From NCBI GenBank assembly GCA_027460535.1, contig JAPZAR010000021.1, positions 30,279-62,278 of the forward strand: 32,000 bases of DNA, read 5' to 3'. Of this stretch, positions 21,201-28,902 are shown piece after piece. Below the pieces are notes generated by a model. That model did not search any database. It was not told where the DNA came from and saw only the letters and a program-made list of their open reading frames with translations. This stretch comes from Candidatus Methanoperedens sp. Its GTDB lineage: Archaea > Halobacteriota > Methanosarcinia > Methanosarcinales > Methanoperedenaceae. Within the stretch, counting starts at the first letter, position 1. Every line of letters begins with the position of its first letter. Made by a program: the position numbers and the translations under genes.

Positions 21201-21204
21201 CCAC
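15268..21204 (-). CDS. Giant secreted multidomain protein: signal peptide, subtilisin-like S8 protease, Ig-like domains, two right-handed beta-helix modules, Big_2-like repeats, Lys/Glu-rich C-terminus
   Basis: N-terminal basic stretch plus hydrophobic stretch ending GGASA. S8 triad motifs are IIDSGID (D89), GHGTG (H132) and SGSSFAAPHVAG (S289), at nt about 20200-20982. There is an SbsA-type Ig domain (TITYNTP...ITITFSEAID) and two NosD/PbH1-like beta-helix modules rich in SNN/NNN turns. Big_2-like segments follow (ISPAMPSVAMGNTISFTAKDQNGN), then an LTDGGLGDDDLTANGIIIDDGGPS segment and a GWY...TATDNLGGSGV beta-barrel segment. Confidence 0.9.
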   Translation of the reverse strand: MGKMFKNKKNKERVLRIVFGITILAILLLAGGASAADIRCGTDLINNDPKSYWDCMNKENWGIENIGFDKMHERGWGNYGEGKIVAIIDSGIDIDHPIVNMDGKNNPVDWKINIIASRGPYAIYGIDDSEGHGTGIAGIIWEIAPKAKFIIIKPAEGITGLIDYEAGINFAVDNGANVIVTSICPSFQGSCYDEIAQYASDKVDSDTSFVAAAGNKDDKYPISPSTGVKVISVSSIQDFNDYLFLGGSPQNPKIVPPDYAKPDFAAPGKSIYTLNTSENGYENYISGSSFAAPHVAGALLLLQRMGNNAPTAETILKDTAIDVLTEDEKETLLDGKGRINLIPKTPILQEPEMDSHVNTLTPTYRWWPPLSDISLNKIKAYQIRVWEDSGLKTDGTKIVLEKTISNPESSQITPSIAEYINGGLVDGKHYHWHVRAYNGYFWSDWANDAADNSDHMDFSASLGQPPPTDTTPPTITYNTPTGSNIPANTSITITFSEAIDHASAESSFSISPSTAGSFYWNSNTMTYTPSSDLDYDATYIVSVGTNVKDLANNNLQSPYSWQFSTRSSIQGIPSYCVDFSKDLSNTDVGYYLKTVVNSPYCANNWHIKDYDGDGYDEYYLLVGETYYQWSFGATPELPGHKILNIGDRRDYDSSIKYNCTRDYSYDPNKDSSYCDSQQEYTWMSKKLTSPSDRLSSFPMYVTADDGSGSWYSWGYDSYDLSKTWKDANGNEVHEEYYQVLDNDPTFTLSLYESPSQSVAIGGFMSLLIDLISQGSFVTPVMLSCSGLPEGTSCKFSQNPAMLNEATRVTITTSNTTPRGSYTVVIVGTGGGETKTTNINLVIGSPNPNPATLTVCQNNCNYNGIQAAIDAANIGDMILVHSGTYQENVDINKQLTLRGQKTDGTMPIVDAGGTGSAIKLSANGITLEGFNASNSGGELFFYSGGEYEADFNAGINIATTNNYISNNNVFSNGIGILTHSSPNNNIISNNNIYLNNMGLFVGGGAYSQEGNIITGNNVYLNGLRRLECCQMGGIILLSNSNNIYQNNFFGNSENAIDNYGLSNNNWDNGIIGNHYSNFDENFEGCIDSDSNNICDSSYNIPSGNNPLDPNNVDRYPLVSLVLPTTPVIPTPITRTVCPSDCDYTRIQDALDAAYPGDTILVNSGTYHENADVNIPELILKGVDTGSGKPIVDAGGFGSPITISSNGITLEGFGVTNSEVNYDFNYAGIKVNSNNNKITNNDIFSNQNGVYLKSSRNNLINGNVYSNNREGIFLDGSDYNLISENIVISNGDGIYFYNSIENMIFKNILSANEAGIYLDSSNNNVIYQNNFLKDLVYSNGQNQWDYENIGNHYSNFDENFEGCIDSDDNNICDSSYNIQEGSDVDRYPLVSFKMPYEQKLTSLTLSPTTEEVQDYGVIFAGYNWDFFAMPKDQFGVIMELPVTWIISDPTVGTIEPITDTFYSGAKFTATGTGTAIITARSGSLTEGVNVTVSSSITTITISPAMPSVAMGNTISFTAKDQNGNDITSIVTWSSSNSSLGTFDMGQGIFFAYTFSPGITTITARNGEVSGSVSLSVIEPSGFHIESITGKGTVFLQSSAGTIQDMIAVDPNSILEQPPIEANLYYGLFRFNITGINLGGSITLTMTFPEYLPDGTTYWKYGENHNTHWYTIPSSINGNTITITLTDGGLGDDDLTANGIIIDDGGPSIPQIATSDTVSPITTAVLSGSIGNNGWYISDVRMNLTATDNLGGSGVNWIEYSLDNATWIRYTAPFNISSEGISTIYYCSTDNAGNVELIKSQTIKIDKTPPEAAIRFDISLKDFRVYNVETGNDTNYIILPSKKENKDKKEQKDQNEKAWERRQYALRDIANNSLTLILRHKKEGKEAEIEVISTQYNAGTVSNIAMNRDQVEYTEEKGLLNELEQEIEVKKLFDAKAKFSGKKDQTEISVKIEGKKEQKVTPSGIVLLELMTDIGSLKVEY
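17038..17811 (-). repeat. Intragenic module 2 (aa ~1132-1389): tandem duplicate of module 1
   Basis: It begins RTVCPSDCDYTRIQDALDAAYPGDTILVNSGTY and ends GNHYSNFDENFEGCIDSDDNNICDSSYNIQ...VDRYPLVS. Order and length match module 1. Confidence 0.8.
17851..18657 (-). repeat. Intragenic module 1 (aa ~850-1118): beta-helix plus Cys-containing tail
   Basis: It begins TLTVCQNNCNYNGIQAAIDAANIGDMILVHSGTY and ends GNHYSNFDENFEGCIDSDSNNICDSSYNIP...VDRYPLVS. The tail (17908-17994) is near-identical at nucleotide level to 17077-17163. Confidence 0.8.
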
Positions 21205-21568
21205 CTATCCATTGATGCATGATTACTTCTCTTTGAGCAAGTCACTCATCTTATGTTACCCGTGTAAATCGTAATTCTATAAATAAATTGTGAAATTAAT
21301 GGCTCTTCTATATTTCAACCCTAATATCTCGTTCTATAGCAACAAAGAGATTGATTTTTGACGATGTCTGTATCAGAATATACTTTTGCTCACGGAAGTC
21401 GTTATTATAGCTGTTATCTGTATAGCCAGCATCATCGCCTAATTTCATCATCGAGATTTCCATTTTTCCATTTCTCTCAGTATGATAGAGTTAATAGAAA
21501 ATGAAAAAGATTATCATTTCAGACGAAGTGTAAGATATACGAACCAAGTTCGGACATAGATGGGTTGA

Positions 21569-23140
21569 ATGGCAAAAACAAACGGAAATGGTGAGAAAGT
21601 AAAATCCATGGAAAGCTGGATCTGGGATGCAGCTTGCAGTATAAGAGGTGCAGCTGATGCGGCTAAGTTCAAAGATTACATTCTTCCATTAATATTTATA
21701 AAACGATTGTGTGATGTGTTTGACGATGAGATTGACCGCATTGCAGAAAAAGTAAAAAGCAGAACCAAAGCCCTGCACTTAGTGGAACGGGATAAATCAA
21801 TAGTGCGTTTTTACATACCCATTAAGCCCAAAGACCCTGAAAAGGAAAGAACATGGGATGTGATTAGAAAGCTGTCTGATAAAATTGGACAGCAACTCAC
21901 CGATATTCTTCGTGAGGTAGCTAAAGAGAACAAAGACCTGCAAGGAATCATTGACCGTGTTGACTTCAACGCCACCACGCACGGGCAGCGTGATATTGAT
22001 GATGACCGATTGAGCAAACTAATTGAAAAAGTTTCTGAAAAGCGATTGGGATTGAAAGATGTAGAGCCGGATATAATCGGGCGCAGTTACGAGTACCTGA
22101 TACGAAAGTTCGCCGAAGGAAGCGGACAGAGCGCCGGGGAGTTCTACACGCCAACAGAAGTGGGTTTCATCATAGCGAAGATCATGGATGCTGAGCCCGG
22201 CATGGAAATTTATGACCCATGCTGCGGAAGCGGCGGTCTGCTTATTAAATGCGAGATGGTAATGGAAGAAAAGATGGCGCTGCGCTCTAAAGAGAAGTAT
22301 GCGCCGCTTCAATTACATGGACAGGAATTTATTGCATCTACGTGGGCAATGAGTAAAATGAACATGGTAATACATGACATGGAGGGCGAAATTGAAATCG
22401 GCGACACTCTAAAAAATCCCATCTTCAAAACCGCTGGCAAACTAAGAAAGTTTGACCGTGTTGTTGCCAATCCCATGTGGAACCAGGGCAAAGACAGCTT
22501 ATCCTATATAAATGATGATTTTTTTATCAATGATGAAATGGAACGCTTCCCCGCAGGTCCTTGCGGAGGCAAGATTGACTGGGGCTGGGTGCAGCATATA
22601 TACAGCAGCCTGAACGATAAAGGTAGAGGAGGCGTTGTACTTGATACTGGAGCCGCCAGCCGGGGCAGCGGCAACCAGGGGAGCAATAAAGAAAAGGAGT
22701 GCCGCAAATGGTTTGTTGAGCATGACCTGATTGAAGGGGTTATCTACCTGCCTGAAAATCTGTTTTACAATACCTCTGCGCCAGGAATTATCATTTTCCT
22801 GAACAAAGCCAAAAAGCACAAGAACAAAATTTTCCTTTTACATGCAGGCAAGGAGTTTGAAAAGGGCGATCCCAAGAACTATATCACAAAGGAAGGGATC
22901 GAGCGCATTTCTGAGACCTATAAAGCCTTTAAAGAAGTTGAAAAATTTTCCCGGCTGGTGGGTAAAGATGAAATTGTTAAGAATGATTACAATATTTCGC
23001 CCAGCCGCTACATACAGGTTAATGATGCCTACGCCTACCGTCCCATTGAAGAGATTGTGGAGGAACTTCGCGAACAGGAAAATGAGTATGTCACCATTGA
23101 TGTCGAAGTGAAAAGCATTTTAGCAAAATTGGGGATATGA
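21569..23140 (+). CDS. hsdM: Type I restriction-modification system, DNA methyltransferase subunit M
   Basis: N-terminal HsdM helical domain (LWDAACSIRG...KDYILPLIFIKRL), SAM-binding motif I (IYDPCCGSGGLL) and catalytic motif IV (VVANPMWNQ). The stop overlaps the hsdS start (ATGA at 23137-23140). Confidence 0.95.
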   Translation: MAKTNGNGEKVKSMESWIWDAACSIRGAADAAKFKDYILPLIFIKRLCDVFDDEIDRIAEKVKSRTKALHLVERDKSIVRFYIPIKPKDPEKERTWDVIRKLSDKIGQQLTDILREVAKENKDLQGIIDRVDFNATTHGQRDIDDDRLSKLIEKVSEKRLGLKDVEPDIIGRSYEYLIRKFAEGSGQSAGEFYTPTEVGFIIAKIMDAEPGMEIYDPCCGSGGLLIKCEMVMEEKMALRSKEKYAPLQLHGQEFIASTWAMSKMNMVIHDMEGEIEIGDTLKNPIFKTAGKLRKFDRVVANPMWNQGKDSLSYINDDFFINDEMERFPAGPCGGKIDWGWVQHIYSSLNDKGRGGVVLDTGAASRGSGNQGSNKEKECRKWFVEHDLIEGVIYLPENLFYNTSAPGIIIFLNKAKKHKNKIFLLHAGKEFEKGDPKNYITKEGIERISETYKAFKEVEKFSRLVGKDEIVKNDYNISPSRYIQVNDAYAYRPIEEIVEELREQENEYVTIDVEVKSILAKLGI

Positions 23141-24327
23141 TGGAAGGCTGGAAAGAAACTGAGGTCGATAAAAATCCAGTAAATTGGGAAATGGTGCTTT
23201 TCCCTAAGTTTGTTATTCTTCAAAGAGGCAAGGATTTAACAAAGGTTAATTTTAAAACTGGAAATGTTCCGGTTGCTGGATCAAGTGGAATAATTGGATA
23301 CCACGATACAAGTTTTGTGAAAGCACCAGGAGTAACAGTTGGGAGAAGTGGTTCCTGTGGTCAAGTTTGTTATTACGAAACTGATTTTTGGGCTCACAAT
23401 ACTTCACTATATGTTAAAGACTTCAATGGAAATGATGAGCTATTCTCATACTTTTATTTAAGTTATCTTGATATTGGAAGGTATAAAACAGGGGTTTCTG
23501 TTCCTACTTTAGATAGAAATTCATTAAATAATATCAAAATCCCTCTTCCTCCCCTCCCCGAACAACGCAAAATCGCCCATGTATTAAGCACGGTGCAAAA
23601 AGCCATTGAGCAGCAGGACAATCTCATATGCACCACCAACGAGCTAAAAAAAGCTCTCATGCAAAAACTTTTTACCGAAGGCACCAGAGGCGAACCCCAA
23701 AGAAAAACCGAAATCGGGTTGGTGCCGGAGAGTTGGGAGGTTGTGAGGATTGGGGATATGTATGAGTTTACTTCAAAACCGAGAGGGTTAGACATTGGAA
23801 GCCCTGTTCCTTTTATCCCAATGGACTTGGTGCCGTTCAATGAATTGGAGATTAATAAATATGTGCTTCGGGATAAGGTTTCAAGCGGAACATATGTAGA
23901 GAATGGAGATTTACTTCTTGCCAAGATAACTCCTTCATTTGAAAATGGCAAGCAAGGTTTTGTTTCCATTGATAAACCATTTGCCTATGCAACTACTGAA
24001 GTTATTCCAATAAAGGAAAAACAAGGTTTAAGCGATAAATTCTACCTATATTATTTCCTTCTAAAAGATGATATCAGGTCACAGTTAACGGGTAAAATGG
24101 AAGGTTCCACAGGCAGGCAAAGATTGAGTAAAACAGTTTTGGAAGAAACACTTATCCCAAAACCTTCATTATCTGAGCAGATTGAAATTGCAAAAATGTA
24201 TATTTCATTCGATAAGAAAATATCTTTTTGTAACAGCAAAAAACAAACCCTCACCGCCCTATTCAAAACCCTCCTCCACGAGCTGATGACCGGGCAGCGC
24301 AGGGTGCATGAGATGGAGTTCAAGTAA
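23137..24327 (+). CDS. hsdS: Type I restriction-modification system, specificity subunit S
   Basis: Two target-recognition halves are separated by the conserved central helix (LPPLPEQRKIAHVLSTVQKAIEQQDNL...LKKALMQKLFTEG). The matching C-terminal helix is SLSEQIEIAKMY...LTALFKTLLHELMTGQ. Confidence 0.9.
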   Translation: MMEGWKETEVDKNPVNWEMVLFPKFVILQRGKDLTKVNFKTGNVPVAGSSGIIGYHDTSFVKAPGVTVGRSGSCGQVCYYETDFWAHNTSLYVKDFNGNDELFSYFYLSYLDIGRYKTGVSVPTLDRNSLNNIKIPLPPLPEQRKIAHVLSTVQKAIEQQDNLICTTNELKKALMQKLFTEGTRGEPQRKTEIGLVPESWEVVRIGDMYEFTSKPRGLDIGSPVPFIPMDLVPFNELEINKYVLRDKVSSGTYVENGDLLLAKITPSFENGKQGFVSIDKPFAYATTEVIPIKEKQGLSDKFYLYYFLLKDDIRSQLTGKMEGSTGRQRLSKTVLEETLIPKPSLSEQIEIAKMYISFDKKISFCNSKKQTLTALFKTLLHELMTGQRRVHEMEFK

Positions 24328-24410
24328 TAGCGGATTTCCAGTTCTTTTATAAAAGACAATCAATGGTCTTTATATGACTAAAGAGATAATAATAGATAAG
24401 GTGGAAAACT

Positions 24411-24659
24411 ATGAAAGCGGAAAAATTGCTTGAACGCATAACTCTTAACCCAGATGTTATGACAGGAAAACCTGTAATCAAGGGGACAAGACTTACGGTG
24501 CAGTTTATCGTGGGATTATTAGCGCATGGCGCTTCTGTGGAGGAAATCCTTGAAGAATACAAAGGATTAACCAGGGAAGATATAAGAGCATGTTTGCTTT
24601 TTGCAACAGAATCCCTTGAAAACATTACATTTATGCCTTTGACAGCAGAGGCTTGTTAG
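24411..24659 (+). CDS. DUF433 domain protein (antitoxin-like HTH) embedded in the R-M operon
   Basis: 82 aa. PDVMTGKPVIKGTRLTVQFIVGLLAHGASVEEILEEYKGLTREDIRACLLFA is the characteristic DUF433 core. Confidence 0.8.
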   Translation: MKAEKLLERITLNPDVMTGKPVIKGTRLTVQFIVGLLAHGASVEEILEEYKGLTREDIRACLLFATESLENITFMPLTAEAC

Positions 24660-24669
24660 ATGCGGTTTT

Positions 24670-27612
24670 TTGAAAAAGAAAATGACAGCGCCCAAACCAA
24701 CAGAACATAAAAGCGTCCAAGCTCGTATACTAAAATATGCACAGGAAATCGGCTGGAGGTATGTCTCGCAAAGCGAAGCCGAGCAGCGCAGAGGTTTTGA
24801 TCCATCCGGCGCTTCTCCGAGAGAGAAAGCCAAAAACGCTTCCCGCTTTTTTACCGATACTTTATTTGAAAAGGTAAAAGACTTTAATCCAAAGTTCAAA
24901 GACAGCAAAGAAGAACTCCTTCGCAAACTCAATTTGCCTTTGCCAACCATCGCGGGCAACCGGGATTTTTTACAGCATCTTCAGGGAGAAAAAACGTTCT
25001 TCAGCAAAGAGGAAAACCGTGAATTTAACCTTGTGCTGATAAACTATGGCGAGCCAGACAAAAATGTGTATGAAGTAACCGAAGAATATTATCTTTTCAA
25101 TGGGCAGTATGCCAATCGGGAGGATGTTGCATTTCTCATCAATGGCATTCCGGTTCTTGTAATCGAATGTAAAAACGCCACCAAAGACGAAGCCATTGCA
25201 ATAGGTATAGACCAGATCAGACGCTATCACCGTGAGACGCCGGAGTTTTTTTGTCCAGAGCAGATTTTCACAGCCACTGAAAGCATTGGTTTTTCGTATG
25301 GCGTAACATGGAACCTCATCAGAAGAAATATTTTTAACTGGAAAGAAGAAGAAATCGGCAATCTGGAAGTAAAAATTAAATCCTTCTGCGGCAGGCAGAA
25401 TATTCTTGATTACTTGAAAAAATTCATTATTTTTGCAGAGCAAAATGAAGAGCTGAATAAATACATTTTAGCTCAACACCAGAAAACAGCAGTAACAAAA
25501 GTATTAGAACGGGCAATCGACCCGAAAAAGACAAGAGGTTTAGTATGGCATACGCAGGGAAGCGGCAAAACCTTTACTATGATAAAAATAGCTGAACTGC
25601 TGTTTAAAGCCCCCGAAGCCGAAAAACCCACCATTCTCTTGTTGATCGACCGCAATGAACTGGAAGACCAGATGGCCAGAAATCTTGAATCGTTGGGTGT
25701 AAAAAATGTAGTACAGGCAGAGCATATAAGAGACTTGCAAAAATTGCTGAAAAATGATTATAGAGGAATAATAGTCAGTATGATGCATAAATTCCAGGAT
25801 ATGCCTGCTGATGTCAATCTTCGCAAAAACATTTATGTGCTGATTGATGAAGCGCACCGAACCACAGGAGGAGATTTAGGAACATATCTGATGGCTGCCG
25901 TCCCGAATGCTACTTTAATAGGATTTACAGGCACGCCGGTTGATAAAACAGTTCATGGTAAAGGAACATTCAAGACCTTTGGCCTTGAAGACGAATCTGG
26001 TTATCTGCATAAATATTCCATTGCAGAAAGCATTGAAGATTATACAACATTGCCCCTGTTTTATGGGATGGCTCCAAATGAGCTTTTAGTCCCCAGGGAT
26101 ATTTTGGAAAAAGAGTTTTTGAACCTGGCGGAAGCTTATGGGGTAAGCGACATCGAAGAATTGAATAAAATCCTGGAACGTGCTGTTAATACCCGCAACT
26201 TTTTGAAAGGAAAGGAACGGGTAGAAAAGGTGGCTGAATACGTGGCAAGTCATTACAAAGAAAATGTCGAGCCAATGGGCTATAAGGCATTTTTAGTTGG
26301 AGTTGACCGTCCAGCATGTGCCATGTATAAAAAGGCGTTAGATAAGTTTCTGCCCACGGAATATTCGGAAGTAGTTTACACCGGCAACAACAACGACACA
26401 GAAGACCTAAAGAAATATCACATTGACACTAAAAAAGAAAAGGAAATTAGAAAGAAGTTCACCAAAATCGGAGAACTGCCCAAGATCCTGATCGTTACGG
26501 AAAAACTTTTGACAGGTTTTGATGCACCGATTTTGTACGCCATGTATCTGGACAAACCAATGCGTGACCATACCCTTCTTCAAGCCATTGCAAGGGTAAA
26601 CAGACCATATGAGAACGAAGAAAAGGATATGAAAAAGCCTCATGGTTTTGTCCTGGACTTTGTAGGCATATTTGACAAACTTGAAAAAGCACTCGCATTT
26701 GATAGCAAAGAAATCAATTCGATAATAAAGGATATTCAACTGCTGAAACACCTGTTCAAGGCAAAGATGGAAGAAAAAGTTCCTCCTTACTTACAACTGA
26801 TTAAATTTGGTTTTAACGACAAAGACACAGATAATCTCATTGCATACTTTAGAGATAAATCCAAAAGAAAAGAATTTTTCAAATTATACAAAGAGGTGGA
26901 AATGCTATATGAAATCATTTCACCTGATAAATTCTTAAGACCATACATTGACAATTACACTACGCTTTCTGCTATTTACCAAATCGTAAGAAATGCCTAT
27001 GCAAAAAGAGTCCAGGTTGACAGGGAGTTCCAGAGAAAAACAAATGAATTGATCCAGAATAAAATAGGCATGAGCAATTTGCAGCAGGTTAATGAATTCT
27101 TTGAGATTAACGAAGAAACGATTAAAAAAATACAAGATACTCAGAAAAATGACAATACACGGGTAATCAACTTAGTAAAGAGTATTGAAAGAATTGCTGA
27201 AGAAGAATCTGATGACCCATTTCTAATTGGTTTGCAGGAAAGAGCTGCCCAAGTAGAAGAAAGCTATGAGGACAGGCAAATTACCACGCAGGAAGCATTA
27301 GAAGAAATCAGAAAGATTTATGAAGATGACATAAAACGGAAAAAAGAACAGGTAGAGAAGGGCTTTGATGGCCTAACTTTCTTCATTTACAGAACACTGC
27401 TCGACAAAGATTTCAAAAAGGCGGATGAAATAACCAAGCAAATTAAAGCAGAGTTTGTTAATAATCCGAACTGGAAATCAAGCGAAAAGGAATTGAGAGA
27501 TCTGAGAAAAGGAACATATTACGCTGTGCTTAGCGAAGAAGAGAATATTGACAGAGCTGCTGCAATTGTAGAAGATTTATTTAATCAGTTATTCAAAGCC
27601 TACAACTTATGA
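24670..27612 (+). CDS. hsdR: Type I restriction enzyme, restriction/translocase subunit R
   Basis: N-terminal PD-(D/E)xK nuclease region (DVAFLINGIPVLVIECKN), helicase motif I (WHTQGSGKTFTM), DEAH (LIDEAHRT) and motif VI (QAIARVNRP), then a long helical C-terminus. The ORF-track start is TTG at 24670; ATG at 24682 (MTAPKP) is an equally plausible start. Confidence 0.95.
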   Translation: MKKKMTAPKPTEHKSVQARILKYAQEIGWRYVSQSEAEQRRGFDPSGASPREKAKNASRFFTDTLFEKVKDFNPKFKDSKEELLRKLNLPLPTIAGNRDFLQHLQGEKTFFSKEENREFNLVLINYGEPDKNVYEVTEEYYLFNGQYANREDVAFLINGIPVLVIECKNATKDEAIAIGIDQIRRYHRETPEFFCPEQIFTATESIGFSYGVTWNLIRRNIFNWKEEEIGNLEVKIKSFCGRQNILDYLKKFIIFAEQNEELNKYILAQHQKTAVTKVLERAIDPKKTRGLVWHTQGSGKTFTMIKIAELLFKAPEAEKPTILLLIDRNELEDQMARNLESLGVKNVVQAEHIRDLQKLLKNDYRGIIVSMMHKFQDMPADVNLRKNIYVLIDEAHRTTGGDLGTYLMAAVPNATLIGFTGTPVDKTVHGKGTFKTFGLEDESGYLHKYSIAESIEDYTTLPLFYGMAPNELLVPRDILEKEFLNLAEAYGVSDIEELNKILERAVNTRNFLKGKERVEKVAEYVASHYKENVEPMGYKAFLVGVDRPACAMYKKALDKFLPTEYSEVVYTGNNNDTEDLKKYHIDTKKEKEIRKKFTKIGELPKILIVTEKLLTGFDAPILYAMYLDKPMRDHTLLQAIARVNRPYENEEKDMKKPHGFVLDFVGIFDKLEKALAFDSKEINSIIKDIQLLKHLFKAKMEEKVPPYLQLIKFGFNDKDTDNLIAYFRDKSKRKEFFKLYKEVEMLYEIISPDKFLRPYIDNYTTLSAIYQIVRNAYAKRVQVDREFQRKTNELIQNKIGMSNLQQVNEFFEINEETIKKIQDTQKNDNTRVINLVKSIERIAEEESDDPFLIGLQERAAQVEESYEDRQITTQEALEEIRKIYEDDIKRKKEQVEKGFDGLTFFIYRTLLDKDFKKADEITKQIKAEFVNNPNWKSSEKELRDLRKGTYYAVLSEEENIDRAAAIVEDLFNQLFKAYNL

Positions 27613-27935
27613 TTATGAGTAAATGGAACGATAAATCTGAATTCAAGGCAAGAGTAAAAGAGTTTGCCGGAAAAATGGATATTGAAGTAAAAGCACTTGC
27701 TATCAGACCTATGACAAACAAATGGGCTTCATGTTCTACAGATGGTAATTTGAATTTCAATAAAGAACTTCTGGACATGGACAAAGAAATTGGTGACTAC
27801 GTAATTGTGCATGAATTGTTGCATTTCAAGGTTCCCAATCATAGTAAACTTTGGAAAAGCTTAATGACTGCTTACCTGGGCGACTATGAGAAGTTAGAAA
27901 AGAAATTGAATAAAATAAAAATTGGAGAAAAATAG
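27609..27935 (+). CDS. Short YgjP-like (DUF45/M48-related) zinc metallopeptidase
   Basis: VIVHELLHFKVPNHSKLW is the HExxH...NHS signature of the DUF45/YgjP family often linked to type I R-M. The start overlaps the hsdR stop (ATGA at 27609-27612). At 108 aa it is shorter than typical family members. Confidence 0.7.
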   Translation: MIMSKWNDKSEFKARVKEFAGKMDIEVKALAIRPMTNKWASCSTDGNLNFNKELLDMDKEIGDYVIVHELLHFKVPNHSKLWKSLMTAYLGDYEKLEKKLNKIKIGEK

Positions 27936-27940
27936 AAACT

Positions 27941-28013
27941 GCCGCCCCCATCTTGTGCCAACCAGAGCCGGACAGGTGGGGAGAAGATATCGCAAACAGT
28001 GAATCGCATAACG
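27941..28013. repeat. GC-rich intergenic repeat, copy 0 (short form lacking the central core)
   Basis: It starts 6 nt after the ygjP-like stop. CCGCCCCCATCTTG (27942-27955) matches copy 1 at 30071-30085. GAGCCGGACAGGTGGGGAGAAGATATC (27965-27991) matches copy 2 at 30796-30821. The core GCAGACCCGGTGCGTGCGGCATGCG is absent. Confidence 0.75.
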
Positions 28014-28242
28014 GTATAATTTCTTGATAATATGTTCTTTCAAGATACATAAAAATAAATACTTTAGACAATATATAGATATAATAGATAAACAGAACTC
28101 ATTGGAGTTCATAAACCTCAAGGGCTAAATTGACAGGAATTGAGAACGATATCTTATTAAGGAAGATGTTGCATTTCGTAGAAAAACACATAGACGATTT
28201 ACCAGTAGCTACAAAGGATGTTAAGAAATTGAGGATTTAAAA

Positions 28243-28902
28243 ATGAAGAGATTATTATATATTCCAAATGAATCTTTGCCAAAAATTTCAAAATTTTTAT
28301 CATTAGAAAAAAAATCTATTGAAACTTTTATCAATATTTTAATTGATTCCGAGAAAAAAAGTATTGTTGATTTATATCTTTCTATCATGAATGAAATGAA
28401 TGTTTCAGATGATGATGCAGCAGCAATCTTTTCCACCTATAAATATTTGTTATTTGTTTTGGAAGAAAACAATTTAAAATTTTCCGACCTTATTCCAGAA
28501 ACAAAATATATTTTGGAAACTTCCAAGATTCCAGATTATAACAAAATAAGCAAGAATGTAGATGTTAATTCAGAACATTTTAATAATTTATTTTCTGCTG
28601 GAAGCATTGAAGAGAAATTTGCAAAAAAAGAATTTTTATCTTCCGAAACATTCAACTCAGTGGTGGATATCCATTCTATTTGTGATATACGACCTTTTTT
28701 TAATGAAGAAAGAAATGAAATTTTGGACTTTCTAAATAGTATATATATCGAATTTACGGTTCAGGATTATGCGGATAATATTAAAATAATTCCACTGTCT
28801 TTTGACGATGAAGCTTTTGAAGACCTAATCAAAGAAATTGATAATATTAAAAAGAAAAAAGAGGTTATCAATAAGAAAATATCCAAATGGAGAAAGATTT
28901 GA
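28243..28902 (+). CDS. Hypothetical protein A of three-gene cassette (219 aa, acidic, Lys-rich tail)
   Basis: ATG is preceded by GAGG at 28231-28234. The ORF is long for such AT-rich DNA. Its stop TGA (28900-28902) directly abuts the next ATG. No recognisable motif. Confidence 0.7.
   Translation: MKRLLYIPNESLPKISKFLSLEKKSIETFINILIDSEKKSIVDLYLSIMNEMNVSDDDAAAIFSTYKYLLFVLEENNLKFSDLIPETKYILETSKIPDYNKISKNVDVNSEHFNNLFSAGSIEEKFAKKEFLSSETFNSVVDIHSICDIRPFFNEERNEILDFLNSIYIEFTVQDYADNIKIIPLSFDDEAFEDLIKEIDNIKKKKEVINKKISKWRKI

Noticed and set aside
21308-21463. 51-aa minus-strand ORF in the gap between the giant gene and hsdM
   Set aside because: There is no RBS, motif or context support. The region more likely holds divergent promoters.
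28166-28240. 24-codon micro-ORF (MLHFVEKHIDDLPVATKDVKKLRI) ending 2 nt before gene A
   Set aside because: It could be a leader peptide. However, there is no RBS or conservation evidence, and the length is within chance expectation.
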